Positions 6,650-14,023 of a DNA stretch of 64,000 nt are shown here, piece by piece. The DNA lies in contig JASLXG010000066.1 in assembly GCA_030740435.1 (NCBI GenBank), forward strand, positions 24,603-88,602. The letters are read 5' to 3'. Made by a program: the position numbers and the translations under genes. This DNA is from Alphaproteobacteria bacterium (GTDB lineage: Bacteria > Pseudomonadota > Alphaproteobacteria > UBA2966). How positions within the stretch are numbered: the first letter of the stretch is position 1; each line of letters begins with the position of its first letter. The notes beneath the pieces were generated by a model. That model ran no database searches, was not told where the DNA came from, and worked only from the letters and a program-made list of their open reading frames with translations.

Positions 6650-8764
6650 GTGACGAAGGCGGGGCAGGGGCGAAGCAGGCAGGCGCTGCTGGCGCTGGCG
6701 GCGCTGACCCTGGCCGTTCTGGCTGCCTCGCCGGCCTGGGCCCTGGAGGCCAACGAATACCGCCAGGTCCTGGGCCTCGATTCGCGCAAAGTCGTTTGGT
6801 TCCTGGCCCAGATGCACCTTTTCTTCGGCGCCTTCGTGCTCGGCGTGCCGCTGTTCGCCGTGATCATCGAAATCGTCGGCTGGAAGAACGGCGACGAACG
6901 CTTCGACAAGCTGGCCTACGAATTCACCAGCCTGCTCAGCGTCGCCTATGCCACCACGGCGGCACTCGGCGGCATGCTGGCCTTCGCGCTGTTTACGCTT
7001 TACCCGACCTTCATGGGCTTCATGGCCGGAGCCTTCAAGGACGTCTTTTTCGTCTACGCCATCCTGTTTTTTGCCGAGACCTTCTGCCTCTATCTCTACT
7101 ACTACGGCTGGAAGGCGATGCAGGGGCGGGAGCCTTTCGGAAAAACCCTGCAACTGCTCTTCAAGACGGCCGGCGTGGTCATCGCAGGCCTTGGCCTGCT
7201 TTTCCTGTTCGGTCTTATCGGACCCGAGATGCGGGGCGATACCCGGGCCTTCATGGCGCTCTTGTACGTGCTGCCGCTGGGGGCCGGGATATATCTGCTG
7301 AAAGACGGCAAGTCGGGCCACATCCTGATCGGCATCCTGCTCAACCTGGCCGGCACCGGCATCATGCAGGCGGCCAACTCGATGGCCGGCTTCATGATGA
7401 GCCCGGCCGGCGTCAGCGAGGCCGGCGAGATCATCGGCAGCACCTGGCAGGTCTTCGAGAACGTGCTGGCCACGCCGGTGGCTATCCACCGCATGCTGGG
7501 CAATCTCGCCTTCGGCGGCCTGGTGGCGGGATCGTATGCCGCCGTCAAGTTCATCGGCGCCAAAACGGCCGAGGAAAAGGCGCACTACGACTGGATGGGC
7601 TACATCGCCAATTTCGTCGCCATCGCCGCCCTGATCCCGCTGCCCTTCGCCGGCTACTACCTGGGCCGCGAGGTCTATTCGACCTCGGCCGTCATGGGCA
7701 ACAACATGATGGGCGGCGATTTCTCCTGGACCTTCATCATCCAGGCCGTGCTGGTGGGCTCGCTGTTCTTGATCTCGAACTATTACCTCTGGTCCGGCAT
7801 GACCCGCATCCCGGGGTCCGAGCGCTATTACAAGTTCATCAAGTTCATCCTCTTTGCCCTGATCGTCTCCTTCGCCATCTGGCTGACGCCGCACAACCTG
7901 CCGCTGACGGGCTCGGAGGTGGGCGATATGGGCGGCAGCCAATACCACCCGACGCTCAAGTTCCTGGGCCTGATGCCGGCCAAGAACGCGGTGGTCAACC
8001 TGATCATCATCTCGACCTTCGTCAGCTTTCTTTTGTATCGCCGCGGCAACAAGGCCGATGCCGTGTCGATCCGGGCCCAGGGGCGGACGCCGATGATCGT
8101 CATCGGCCTGGCCGGCGCGGCGGCGCTCTTGATCGTTGGCCAATTCGCCTGGTCGCTGATGACCATGAGCCCGGCCGAGCTCGACCTGCCGGCCGACACG
8201 GCGCAGTACTTCCGCACCGTCGGTTGGCTCTTGATCGGCGAATGCGCCATGGTGGTGGTGGCCGTCGGCCTGGCGCTCACGGACCGCGGCAAGTGGGCCC
8301 AGGCGCTCTATCTCGCCTACACCGTCTTCAGCGTCGTGCTGTTCCTCGGCGTCTACGGCTTCGTGGTCATGGAGAAGGCCTCGCCCTTCCTGCGCGACGT
8401 TGCCGTGGCCCAGTTCCTGCAGCTCATCAGTGCCCTCATTCTGGTCTCCGCCATCGACCTATTCCTGTTCAAGGGCGCTCAGGAGATCGGCCCCCTGCAG
8501 TGGGGCAAGATGACCAACCGCAGCCAGTACGCGCTGCTGGCGCTGACCTTCGTCATCACCATGAACATGGGCCTGATGGGCTTCATCCGCTCAGGTTTGC
8601 GCGGCGACTGGCACATCTTCGGGGTCATGCGCGACACCTCGGAATGGTCCTACACGCCGACCAACGCCACCATGACCGAGATGGTCAGCCTGGCCGTGCT
8701 GGTCTTCATGGTGGGCGTCGCCTTCATGTTCTGGCTGGGCAGCATCGCTGCCAAGAAGGACTAG
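6650..8764 (+). CDS. CydA-like (cytochrome bd subunit I-like) polytopic membrane protein, module 1; no cydB partner
   Basis: 704 aa from GTG 6650 (RBS GGAGAGGA 6640-6647), with about 16-18 hydrophobic segments. Blocks alignable to E. coli CydA: AQMHLFFGAFVLGVPLF (His19 region), AILFFAETFCLYLYYYGW (FLESTFVGLFFFGW region), AIHRMLGNLAFGG (His186 region). Confidence 0.65.
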   Translation: MTKAGQGRSRQALLALAALTLAVLAASPAWALEANEYRQVLGLDSRKVVWFLAQMHLFFGAFVLGVPLFAVIIEIVGWKNGDERFDKLAYEFTSLLSVAYATTAALGGMLAFALFTLYPTFMGFMAGAFKDVFFVYAILFFAETFCLYLYYYGWKAMQGREPFGKTLQLLFKTAGVVIAGLGLLFLFGLIGPEMRGDTRAFMALLYVLPLGAGIYLLKDGKSGHILIGILLNLAGTGIMQAANSMAGFMMSPAGVSEAGEIIGSTWQVFENVLATPVAIHRMLGNLAFGGLVAGSYAAVKFIGAKTAEEKAHYDWMGYIANFVAIAALIPLPFAGYYLGREVYSTSAVMGNNMMGGDFSWTFIIQAVLVGSLFLISNYYLWSGMTRIPGSERYYKFIKFILFALIVSFAIWLTPHNLPLTGSEVGDMGGSQYHPTLKFLGLMPAKNAVVNLIIISTFVSFLLYRRGNKADAVSIRAQGRTPMIVIGLAGAAALLIVGQFAWSLMTMSPAELDLPADTAQYFRTVGWLLIGECAMVVVAVGLALTDRGKWAQALYLAYTVFSVVLFLGVYGFVVMEKASPFLRDVAVAQFLQLISALILVSAIDLFLFKGAQEIGPLQWGKMTNRSQYALLALTFVITMNMGLMGFIRSGLRGDWHIFGVMRDTSEWSYTPTNATMTEMVSLAVLVFMVGVAFMFWLGSIAAKKD

Positions 8765-8768
8765 CCGC

Positions 8769-9746
8769 ATGACCGCCACCATGGCCAGGGTTGCGCTGTT
8801 CATGTTTCTGCTGCTGGGCCTTTTCCTGTGGGTCGGCAGCACCATCACGGCCATGACCGGCGGCGACAAGCGGCCCAAGGGCGGCGCCGTCGAGGTCAGC
8901 CCCGAGGGCGGCGAGGCCATCTTCTGGGGCAAGGGGCGCTGCTTCACCTGCCACAGCCTGGGCGGCCAAGGGAGCGCCGTGCGCTGCCCCAACCTGGGCC
9001 AATTCGGCGACAAGTTCGCGCTGCCCATCGGCGCCCGAGCGGCGGAGCGGGCCAAGGAACGCAGCGCCAAGACCGGCCAGACCTACACGACCACCGATTA
9101 CCTGGTGGAAAGCCTGGCCGAGCCTGGGGCCTACGTCGTCGAGGGCTACAAGAACGAGATGGCCATCGTCTACGCGCCGCCGATCTCGCTCAATCTTACC
9201 GAGATCAAGGCCGTGATCGCCTACTTGCAGAGCCAGGGCGGCGACGTCGACATGGAGGCGCTGAACAAGCCAAGCCCGATCAGCCAGAAGTTCTTCGCCC
9301 GCATCAATGCGGCCTCGGCCGCCGGTGGTGGCGATCCCGGTGCCGGCGAGGTGGTCTTCGAGGACAACTGCGCCGAATGCCATGACCTCGGTGGTGAAGA
9401 CGAGGAGCTGCCGGGTCCGGCGCTTTCGGGCGTCGGCAAGAAGGGCCTCAAGTTCCTGGCCGATGCCATCCTCAGGCCGGCCAAGGAGATCACCAAGGGT
9501 TTCGAGACGTATCAAGCGGTGATGAAGGACGGCCGCAAGCACGTTGGCCTGAAAAGCCGTGACGAGGGCGGCGAGGTCGACATCACCAAGGCCAACGGCG
9601 ACGTCGAGACGCTGGCCAAGGCCGAGATCAAGGAGCTCAAGGAAGACAAGGGCAAATCGATCATGCCCGAAGACCTGATCGAGGCCCTGACGGTCAAGGA
9701 CTATCAGGACGTCCTCTCGTTCCTGCTGTTGCAAAAGGGCGAGTAA
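8769..9746 (+). CDS. membrane-anchored di-haem cytochrome c, module 1
   Basis: N-terminal TM helix. CFTCH and CAECH motifs. The C-terminal half resembles the Planctomycete/Verrucomicrobia-type haem-binding domain (...SIMPEDLIEALTVKDYQDVLSFL). Confidence 0.8.
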   Translation: MTATMARVALFMFLLLGLFLWVGSTITAMTGGDKRPKGGAVEVSPEGGEAIFWGKGRCFTCHSLGGQGSAVRCPNLGQFGDKFALPIGARAAERAKERSAKTGQTYTTTDYLVESLAEPGAYVVEGYKNEMAIVYAPPISLNLTEIKAVIAYLQSQGGDVDMEALNKPSPISQKFFARINAASAAGGGDPGAGEVVFEDNCAECHDLGGEDEELPGPALSGVGKKGLKFLADAILRPAKEITKGFETYQAVMKDGRKHVGLKSRDEGGEVDITKANGDVETLAKAEIKELKEDKGKSIMPEDLIEALTVKDYQDVLSFLLLQKGE

Positions 9747-9752
9747 GGCACC

Positions 9753-10718
9753 ATGGCAAAGCTCAGAATCAGTCGCTTCTGGTGGGTCGTGATCACCATT
9801 GTGGCGGTCTATGCCTTCGTCAAATGGGGCATTCCGGCGCTCTCGCGGGAAATCACGGCGCTGCCCTTCCCGCTTTCGGTGCCGGGCACCTTGATGTTCA
9901 TCTACATCGTGCTGACGCTGGTGGCGCTGTTTCTCTTCATCACCTTTTCGGACGACTACCTGGAAGAATTCAGCCGCCCCATCAAGCGTCTGCTGCGCGG
10001 CGAATTCGGCGCCATCCCGCGCCTCGTGGTGCTGCTGGCGGTGCCGTTGATCGTCGGCTGGCAGGTTTACGACGTGACCGTGCCCAAGGTCGAGCTGCCC
10101 TCGACGCTGCGCATCCAGCACCCCTCGTCGAACTTCCCCAAGAAGTTCGAGAGCATGAACAATCCCTTCGCCAATCCCGATGAAGCCACGGTCGCGGCCT
10201 TCATCGAGCAGGCCAAGGACGAGGAGATCGAGTTCATCGCCCAAGTCCAGGGCGACATCGAGGCCTGGCGCGAAGAGATCGATCCAGACAACCCCTACGA
10301 TTTCATCCCCACCAAGCCCTGGCGTGCCTTTCTCGCCCAGCTCGAAGAGGGCGAGGTCGAGCCGGCCGTGGCCAAGGCGGCGCTGGTGGAGAAGAACCTC
10401 TTCGAGGGGCGCGCCCTATATGCCATGAACTGCCGGCCCTGCCACGGCGACAGCGTCGCCGGCGACGGCCCGCTGGCCGACGGCTTCAAGCTCAGGCCGA
10501 TCAACTTCACCGACAACGGCACCATCGAGACCATCGTCGAGGGCTACACCTTCTGGCGCGTGAGCAACGGCGGCCCCGGCCTGCCCACCGAGGCCACACC
10601 CTGGGATTCGGCCATGCCCGAGTGGAAGGTCAGCCTGACCGAGGCCGAGCGCTGGAAGATCATCCTGGCCGAATACGACCTGGCCCAGAAGACGCCGCGC
10701 ATCCCGGAGAGCCATTGA
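9753..10718 (+). CDS. 3-TM membrane-anchored mono-haem cytochrome c, module 1
   Basis: Three N-terminal hydrophobic helices. One CRPCH motif followed by FWRVSNGGPGLPTEATPWDSAMP. Its stop overlaps the next start (TGATG, 10716-10720). Confidence 0.8.
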   Translation: MAKLRISRFWWVVITIVAVYAFVKWGIPALSREITALPFPLSVPGTLMFIYIVLTLVALFLFITFSDDYLEEFSRPIKRLLRGEFGAIPRLVVLLAVPLIVGWQVYDVTVPKVELPSTLRIQHPSSNFPKKFESMNNPFANPDEATVAAFIEQAKDEEIEFIAQVQGDIEAWREEIDPDNPYDFIPTKPWRAFLAQLEEGEVEPAVAKAALVEKNLFEGRALYAMNCRPCHGDSVAGDGPLADGFKLRPINFTDNGTIETIVEGYTFWRVSNGGPGLPTEATPWDSAMPEWKVSLTEAERWKIILAEYDLAQKTPRIPESH

Positions 10719-12337
10719 TGGTTTCGCGCATCACCATGGCGCTGGGCTTGGGCCTTCTCGCTTTCGCGGTCTCGCCGGCCGAGGCCGCCGACGTCTCGCA
10801 GGATCCCCAGCCCGAGTTCACGGACGAGCTGCGGGCTGAAGGCCGGCAGATCTACTTCCAGCGCTGCAGCTTCTGCCACGGCCTGCTGGGCGACGGCGAG
10901 GGACCGGCGGCGCCCTTCATGGACCCCCGGCCGCGCGACTTCACGCTGGGCACCTTCAAGTTCCGCACCACCCAGTCGGGCGAGCTGCCGCAAGATTCAG
11001 ACATCTTCCGCACCGTCAGCCGCGGCCTCAGCGGCACCGCCATGCAGGCCTTCGACGACGAGCGCATCAAGAACGGCCTCAGCGAGCACCAGCGCTGGGC
11101 CGTGATCGCCTACATCCAGACCTTCGCCCAGGAGTTCGACGATGAGGAACTGGACCCGGTCAAGACCGGCAAGGTGGTGGCGCTGCCCAAGGACCGCCCG
11201 GCCTATGGCGCCGAAATCGTGGCCAAAGGCAAAGAAATCTTTCTCAAGGCCAAGTGCTGGGAATGCCACGGCAAGTCGGGCCGCGGCGACGGCCAAAAAT
11301 CCTTCGACCGCAAGGACGACTGGGGCTTTCCCATCCGCATCCGCAACGTCACCCATCCCTGGAAGATCAAGGCCGGCGACCGCGTCGAGGACATCTACAT
11401 GCGTTTCTCGACCGGCATCAGCGGCACGCCCATGCCGTCTTTCGTCAAGGCCCTGAGCGAGAGCGAACGCTGGCAGCTGGCCAACTTCATCAAGTCTTTG
11501 CAGATCCAGCGCACCAGCCACCAGGTGCTGAAGGCGCTGCGCCTGGAGGGCGAGCTGCCCGAGAGCCCGGATGATCCGCGCTGGAAGCAAGCCGAGCCCA
11601 TGGACGTGATTCTTACCGGGCAGGCCGTGGCGCCGCCGCGCTGGCAAAGCCCGTCGGTCGAGATGGTGACGCTGAGGGCCGTCTTCAATGACAACGAAAT
11701 CGCTTTCCGGCTGACTTGGGACGACCCCTTCAAGGACACCAAGCACGACGCCGGGCAGGAACTCGACGTCAAGGAGATCAGCGCCAGCGGCATCTACAGT
11801 TCATACGTCGACGTCAACGAGTTGGCGGTGCGCAAGCTGGAGACCTATCGCGACGCCGTGGCGCTGCAGTTTCCCGTGAAGCCCACCGAGGGCACCAGGC
11901 GGCCGCACTTCCTGCGCGGCTCGGCCTCGGATCCGGTGCATCTCTGGCTTTGGAAAGCCGATGAGGGCGCTGTCGAGGAAGCCGTCGGCCGGGGTTGGCG
12001 CCAAGGCCTGAGGCCGCAGCCCGAGGAGCAGCAGCAGGTCGCCGCCAAGGCCGCCTGGGACCAGGGGCGCTGGCAACTGGTGATGAAACGGCCCTTGCGC
12101 ACCGAGGACAAGAACGACGTCCAGTTCGAGGCCGGCCGCTTCATTCCGCTGTCGCTCAATGCCTGGGACGGCTCCAACGGCGAACACGGTTTGATCATGA
12201 GCCTCTCTAGTTGGTATTACGTCTTCCTCGAAGCGCCGACGCCGATCAGCGTTTACCTCTATACCATCCTGGCGATCTTGATCACGGGCGGTCTGGGTTT
12301 CTGGTTGATGAGAAAAGCTGAAGCGGAAGACGCCTAG
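10718..12337 (+). CDS. di-haem cytochrome c fused to EB_dh-like (ethylbenzene-dehydrogenase gamma/NxrC-like haem-b) domain with C-terminal TM anchor, module 1
   Basis: Signal peptide. CSFCH and CWECH in CcoP-like repeats (PRDFTLG, GTAMQAF / GTPMPSF). Then about 250 aa of beta-rich domain (VTLRAVFNDNEIAFRLTWDD...FIPLSLNAWDGSNGEHG). C-terminal helix VYLYTILAILITGGLGFWL. Confidence 0.65.
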   Translation: MVSRITMALGLGLLAFAVSPAEAADVSQDPQPEFTDELRAEGRQIYFQRCSFCHGLLGDGEGPAAPFMDPRPRDFTLGTFKFRTTQSGELPQDSDIFRTVSRGLSGTAMQAFDDERIKNGLSEHQRWAVIAYIQTFAQEFDDEELDPVKTGKVVALPKDRPAYGAEIVAKGKEIFLKAKCWECHGKSGRGDGQKSFDRKDDWGFPIRIRNVTHPWKIKAGDRVEDIYMRFSTGISGTPMPSFVKALSESERWQLANFIKSLQIQRTSHQVLKALRLEGELPESPDDPRWKQAEPMDVILTGQAVAPPRWQSPSVEMVTLRAVFNDNEIAFRLTWDDPFKDTKHDAGQELDVKEISASGIYSSYVDVNELAVRKLETYRDAVALQFPVKPTEGTRRPHFLRGSASDPVHLWLWKADEGAVEEAVGRGWRQGLRPQPEEQQQVAAKAAWDQGRWQLVMKRPLRTEDKNDVQFEAGRFIPLSLNAWDGSNGEHGLIMSLSSWYYVFLEAPTPISVYLYTILAILITGGLGFWLMRKAEAEDA

Positions 12338-12391
12338 GACGCGCTAGAGTGCGGTCCATCCGTATGGGGAGAGAAGTTTGGGAGAGCGAGT

Positions 12392-13054
12392 ATGAGAATA
12401 ATTTTTGCCTCATCTTTGGCGCTGGCGCTGAGCCTGGCCGCAAGTGGTCCGGCCCGGGCTGATGCGGCGGCCGGCAAGGCCGCCTTCGCGGCCCAGAAAT
12501 GCGAGGGCTGCCATTACACCGAAGGGCCGGCCAGGGAGAAGTCGATCGACGATCAGTTGGCCAAGAAGGGGCCTGAGCTGTGGTACGCCGGTTCCAAGTT
12601 CCAGGCGCCCTGGCTCGAGGCCTGGCTGCAAAAACCCGATGCCATCCGGCCGCTGAAGTACAACACGCTCGAACAAGAGAACCCCGGCGACCATCCCAAG
12701 CTTTCGGGCGGCGATGCCAAGAACGTCGCCGCTTTCCTCATGAGCCTGACCTCGGACGCTGTCAAGGCGGGCAAGGTCAAGGCCAAGAGGAACGCCAAGG
12801 GGCGCCTGATTTTCTCCAAGAAAATGCCCTGTTCCGGTTGCCACTCCTCCATCGGCCGCAAGAAGAAAGTCGGCGGCGGGCGTTCCGGCCCGACCCTGGT
12901 CGGGGCCGGCCAGCGCCTCAACCCGGACTGGATCCTGGCCTATCTCAAGACGCCCGACGTCTTCAAGCCGATCAAGGCCATGCCCGTGTTCGCCGGTATC
13001 CTGGGCGACAAGGACATGCTCAACCTGGCCCGCCACGTGGCCAGCTTCAAGTAG
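12392..13054 (+). CDS. periplasmic di-haem cytochrome c
   Basis: Signal peptide (ALALSLAASGPARA). CEGCH and CSGCH motifs. RBS GGGAGAG. Confidence 0.8.
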   Translation: MRIIFASSLALALSLAASGPARADAAAGKAAFAAQKCEGCHYTEGPAREKSIDDQLAKKGPELWYAGSKFQAPWLEAWLQKPDAIRPLKYNTLEQENPGDHPKLSGGDAKNVAAFLMSLTSDAVKAGKVKAKRNAKGRLIFSKKMPCSGCHSSIGRKKKVGGGRSGPTLVGAGQRLNPDWILAYLKTPDVFKPIKAMPVFAGILGDKDMLNLARHVASFK

Positions 13055-13074
13055 CCCGGCGGGAGGATAGAACC

Positions 13075-13443
13075 ATGAAAAGATTGACCACCGCCGCTGC
13101 CTTCTGCACCCTGGCGTTTGCCCTGGCCGTTCCTTCGGCCCAGGCCGCCGATGCCAAGAAGGTCTACAACTTCTATTGCGCCCAGTGCCACGGCACCGCC
13201 GGCAAAGGCAAGGGACCCAACGTCACCAAGGACTTTCCCGTCAGCCCGCGCGACTTCACCAATGCCGCCGAGATGGACAAGCTCTCGGACGCCGACATGA
13301 AGAACGTGATTCTGGATGGCGGTCCGGCGGCCTCCAAGTCGCCCATGATGCCGCCCTGGTCCAAGACCCTGAAGGGCGACGAGGTTGACGCTCTGGTCGG
13401 CTACCTGCGCAAGTTCTGCGGCTGCAAGGGCAAGCAAGGCTAG
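13075..13443 (+). CDS. periplasmic mono-haem cytochrome c (class I)
   Basis: Signal peptide (FALAVPSAQA). CAQCH, with distal Met candidates in SPMMPPW. RBS GGGAGGA 13061-13067. Confidence 0.8.
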   Translation: MKRLTTAAAFCTLAFALAVPSAQAADAKKVYNFYCAQCHGTAGKGKGPNVTKDFPVSPRDFTNAAEMDKLSDADMKNVILDGGPAASKSPMMPPWSKTLKGDEVDALVGYLRKFCGCKGKQG

Positions 13444-13452
13444 TAAGGCGCC

Positions 13453-13492
13453 CGGTGCCGCCGGGGAGGCGGCGCCGCTTCGTTTCAATTTT
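13453..13492 (+). terminator. rho-independent terminator ending the first module
   Basis: Stem GGTGCCGCC (13454-13462) / GGCGGCGCC (13468-13476) with one G-U pair and loop GGGGA. Followed by GCTTCGTTTCAATTTT. Confidence 0.6.
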
Positions 13493-13723
13493 GGGAGAAG
13501 GGAGCCGCCGCGGTCTTGGACACTGCGGCCTTCAGAAAACGAAAAACCACAGAATCAGCACGATCACCACGGCGTTGATCAGCATGCCGGTGAGAATGAA
13601 GGTGTCGGCCAGACGTTTCTTGGGGATTTTCATTGAGGTAATGCAGTCTGTGGTTGCTTAATCTATGTGAAGGATATGGTTTCGGAGGCAGGTTAGGTTT
13701 CGGGCGCGCAACGATGGCTGGAC

Positions 13724-13846
13724 ATGACGATGACTGAAAACAACGGTGCAACAGGCAGTGGATCAGCCAACGCCTGGGCCGGTCCGGCCCTCTTTACGGT
13801 CGTTGCCGTGGTCATGCTGGTCTTCTTCTATTGGTTCCTGTCCTAG
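13724..13846 (+). CDS. candidate 40-aa single-TM micro-protein upstream of CydA-like gene 2
   Basis: Translates to MTMTENNGATGSGSANAWAGPALFTVVAVVMLVFFYWFLS*. One clear hydrophobic helix. Weak RBS. Not in the supplied track because it is under 60 aa. Confidence 0.3.
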   Translation: MTMTENNGATGSGSANAWAGPALFTVVAVVMLVFFYWFLS

Positions 13847-13897
13847 AGTCAAGGCAGCCTGCAGGGGGGCACAAATGAATAATCCGAGGGATTGCTC

Positions 13898-14014
13898 ATG
13901 AAGGACTACGTGGTGCCCTTTGTGGCGGCGTTCGTGGTGTGGGGTCTCCTCTTTCTCGGTCTCGACGTGGTGATCATGAACGCCCAGGGACTGAACCTGA
14001 TCTATCAGCCGTAG
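13898..14014 (+). CDS. candidate 38-aa single-TM micro-protein immediately upstream of CydA-like gene 2
   Basis: Translates to MKDYVVPFVAAFVVWGLLFLGLDVVIMNAQGLNLIYQP*. GAGGG lies 8 nt upstream of the ATG. The stop is 9 nt before the GTG of the CydA-like gene. Confidence 0.4.
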   Translation: MKDYVVPFVAAFVVWGLLFLGLDVVIMNAQGLNLIYQP

Positions 14015-14023
14015 GGGGGACTG

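Noticed and set aside
6650-8764. Calling the CydA-like genes a conventional cytochrome bd ubiquinol oxidase (cydAB).
   Set aside because: There is no cydB or cydX. The Glu99-equivalent and the GRQPW motif are not conserved, the helix number is expanded, and the genes are embedded among c-type cytochromes. A standard oxygen-reductase annotation would be misleading.
13532-13633. 33-aa minus-strand mini-ORF (MKIPKKRLADTFILTGMLINAVVIVLILWFFVF) between the two modules.
   Set aside because: It has a hydrophobic helix, but there is no Shine-Dalgarno sequence, it runs in the opposite orientation to everything around it, and it sits in a probable promoter/terminator region. Evidence is too weak to call.
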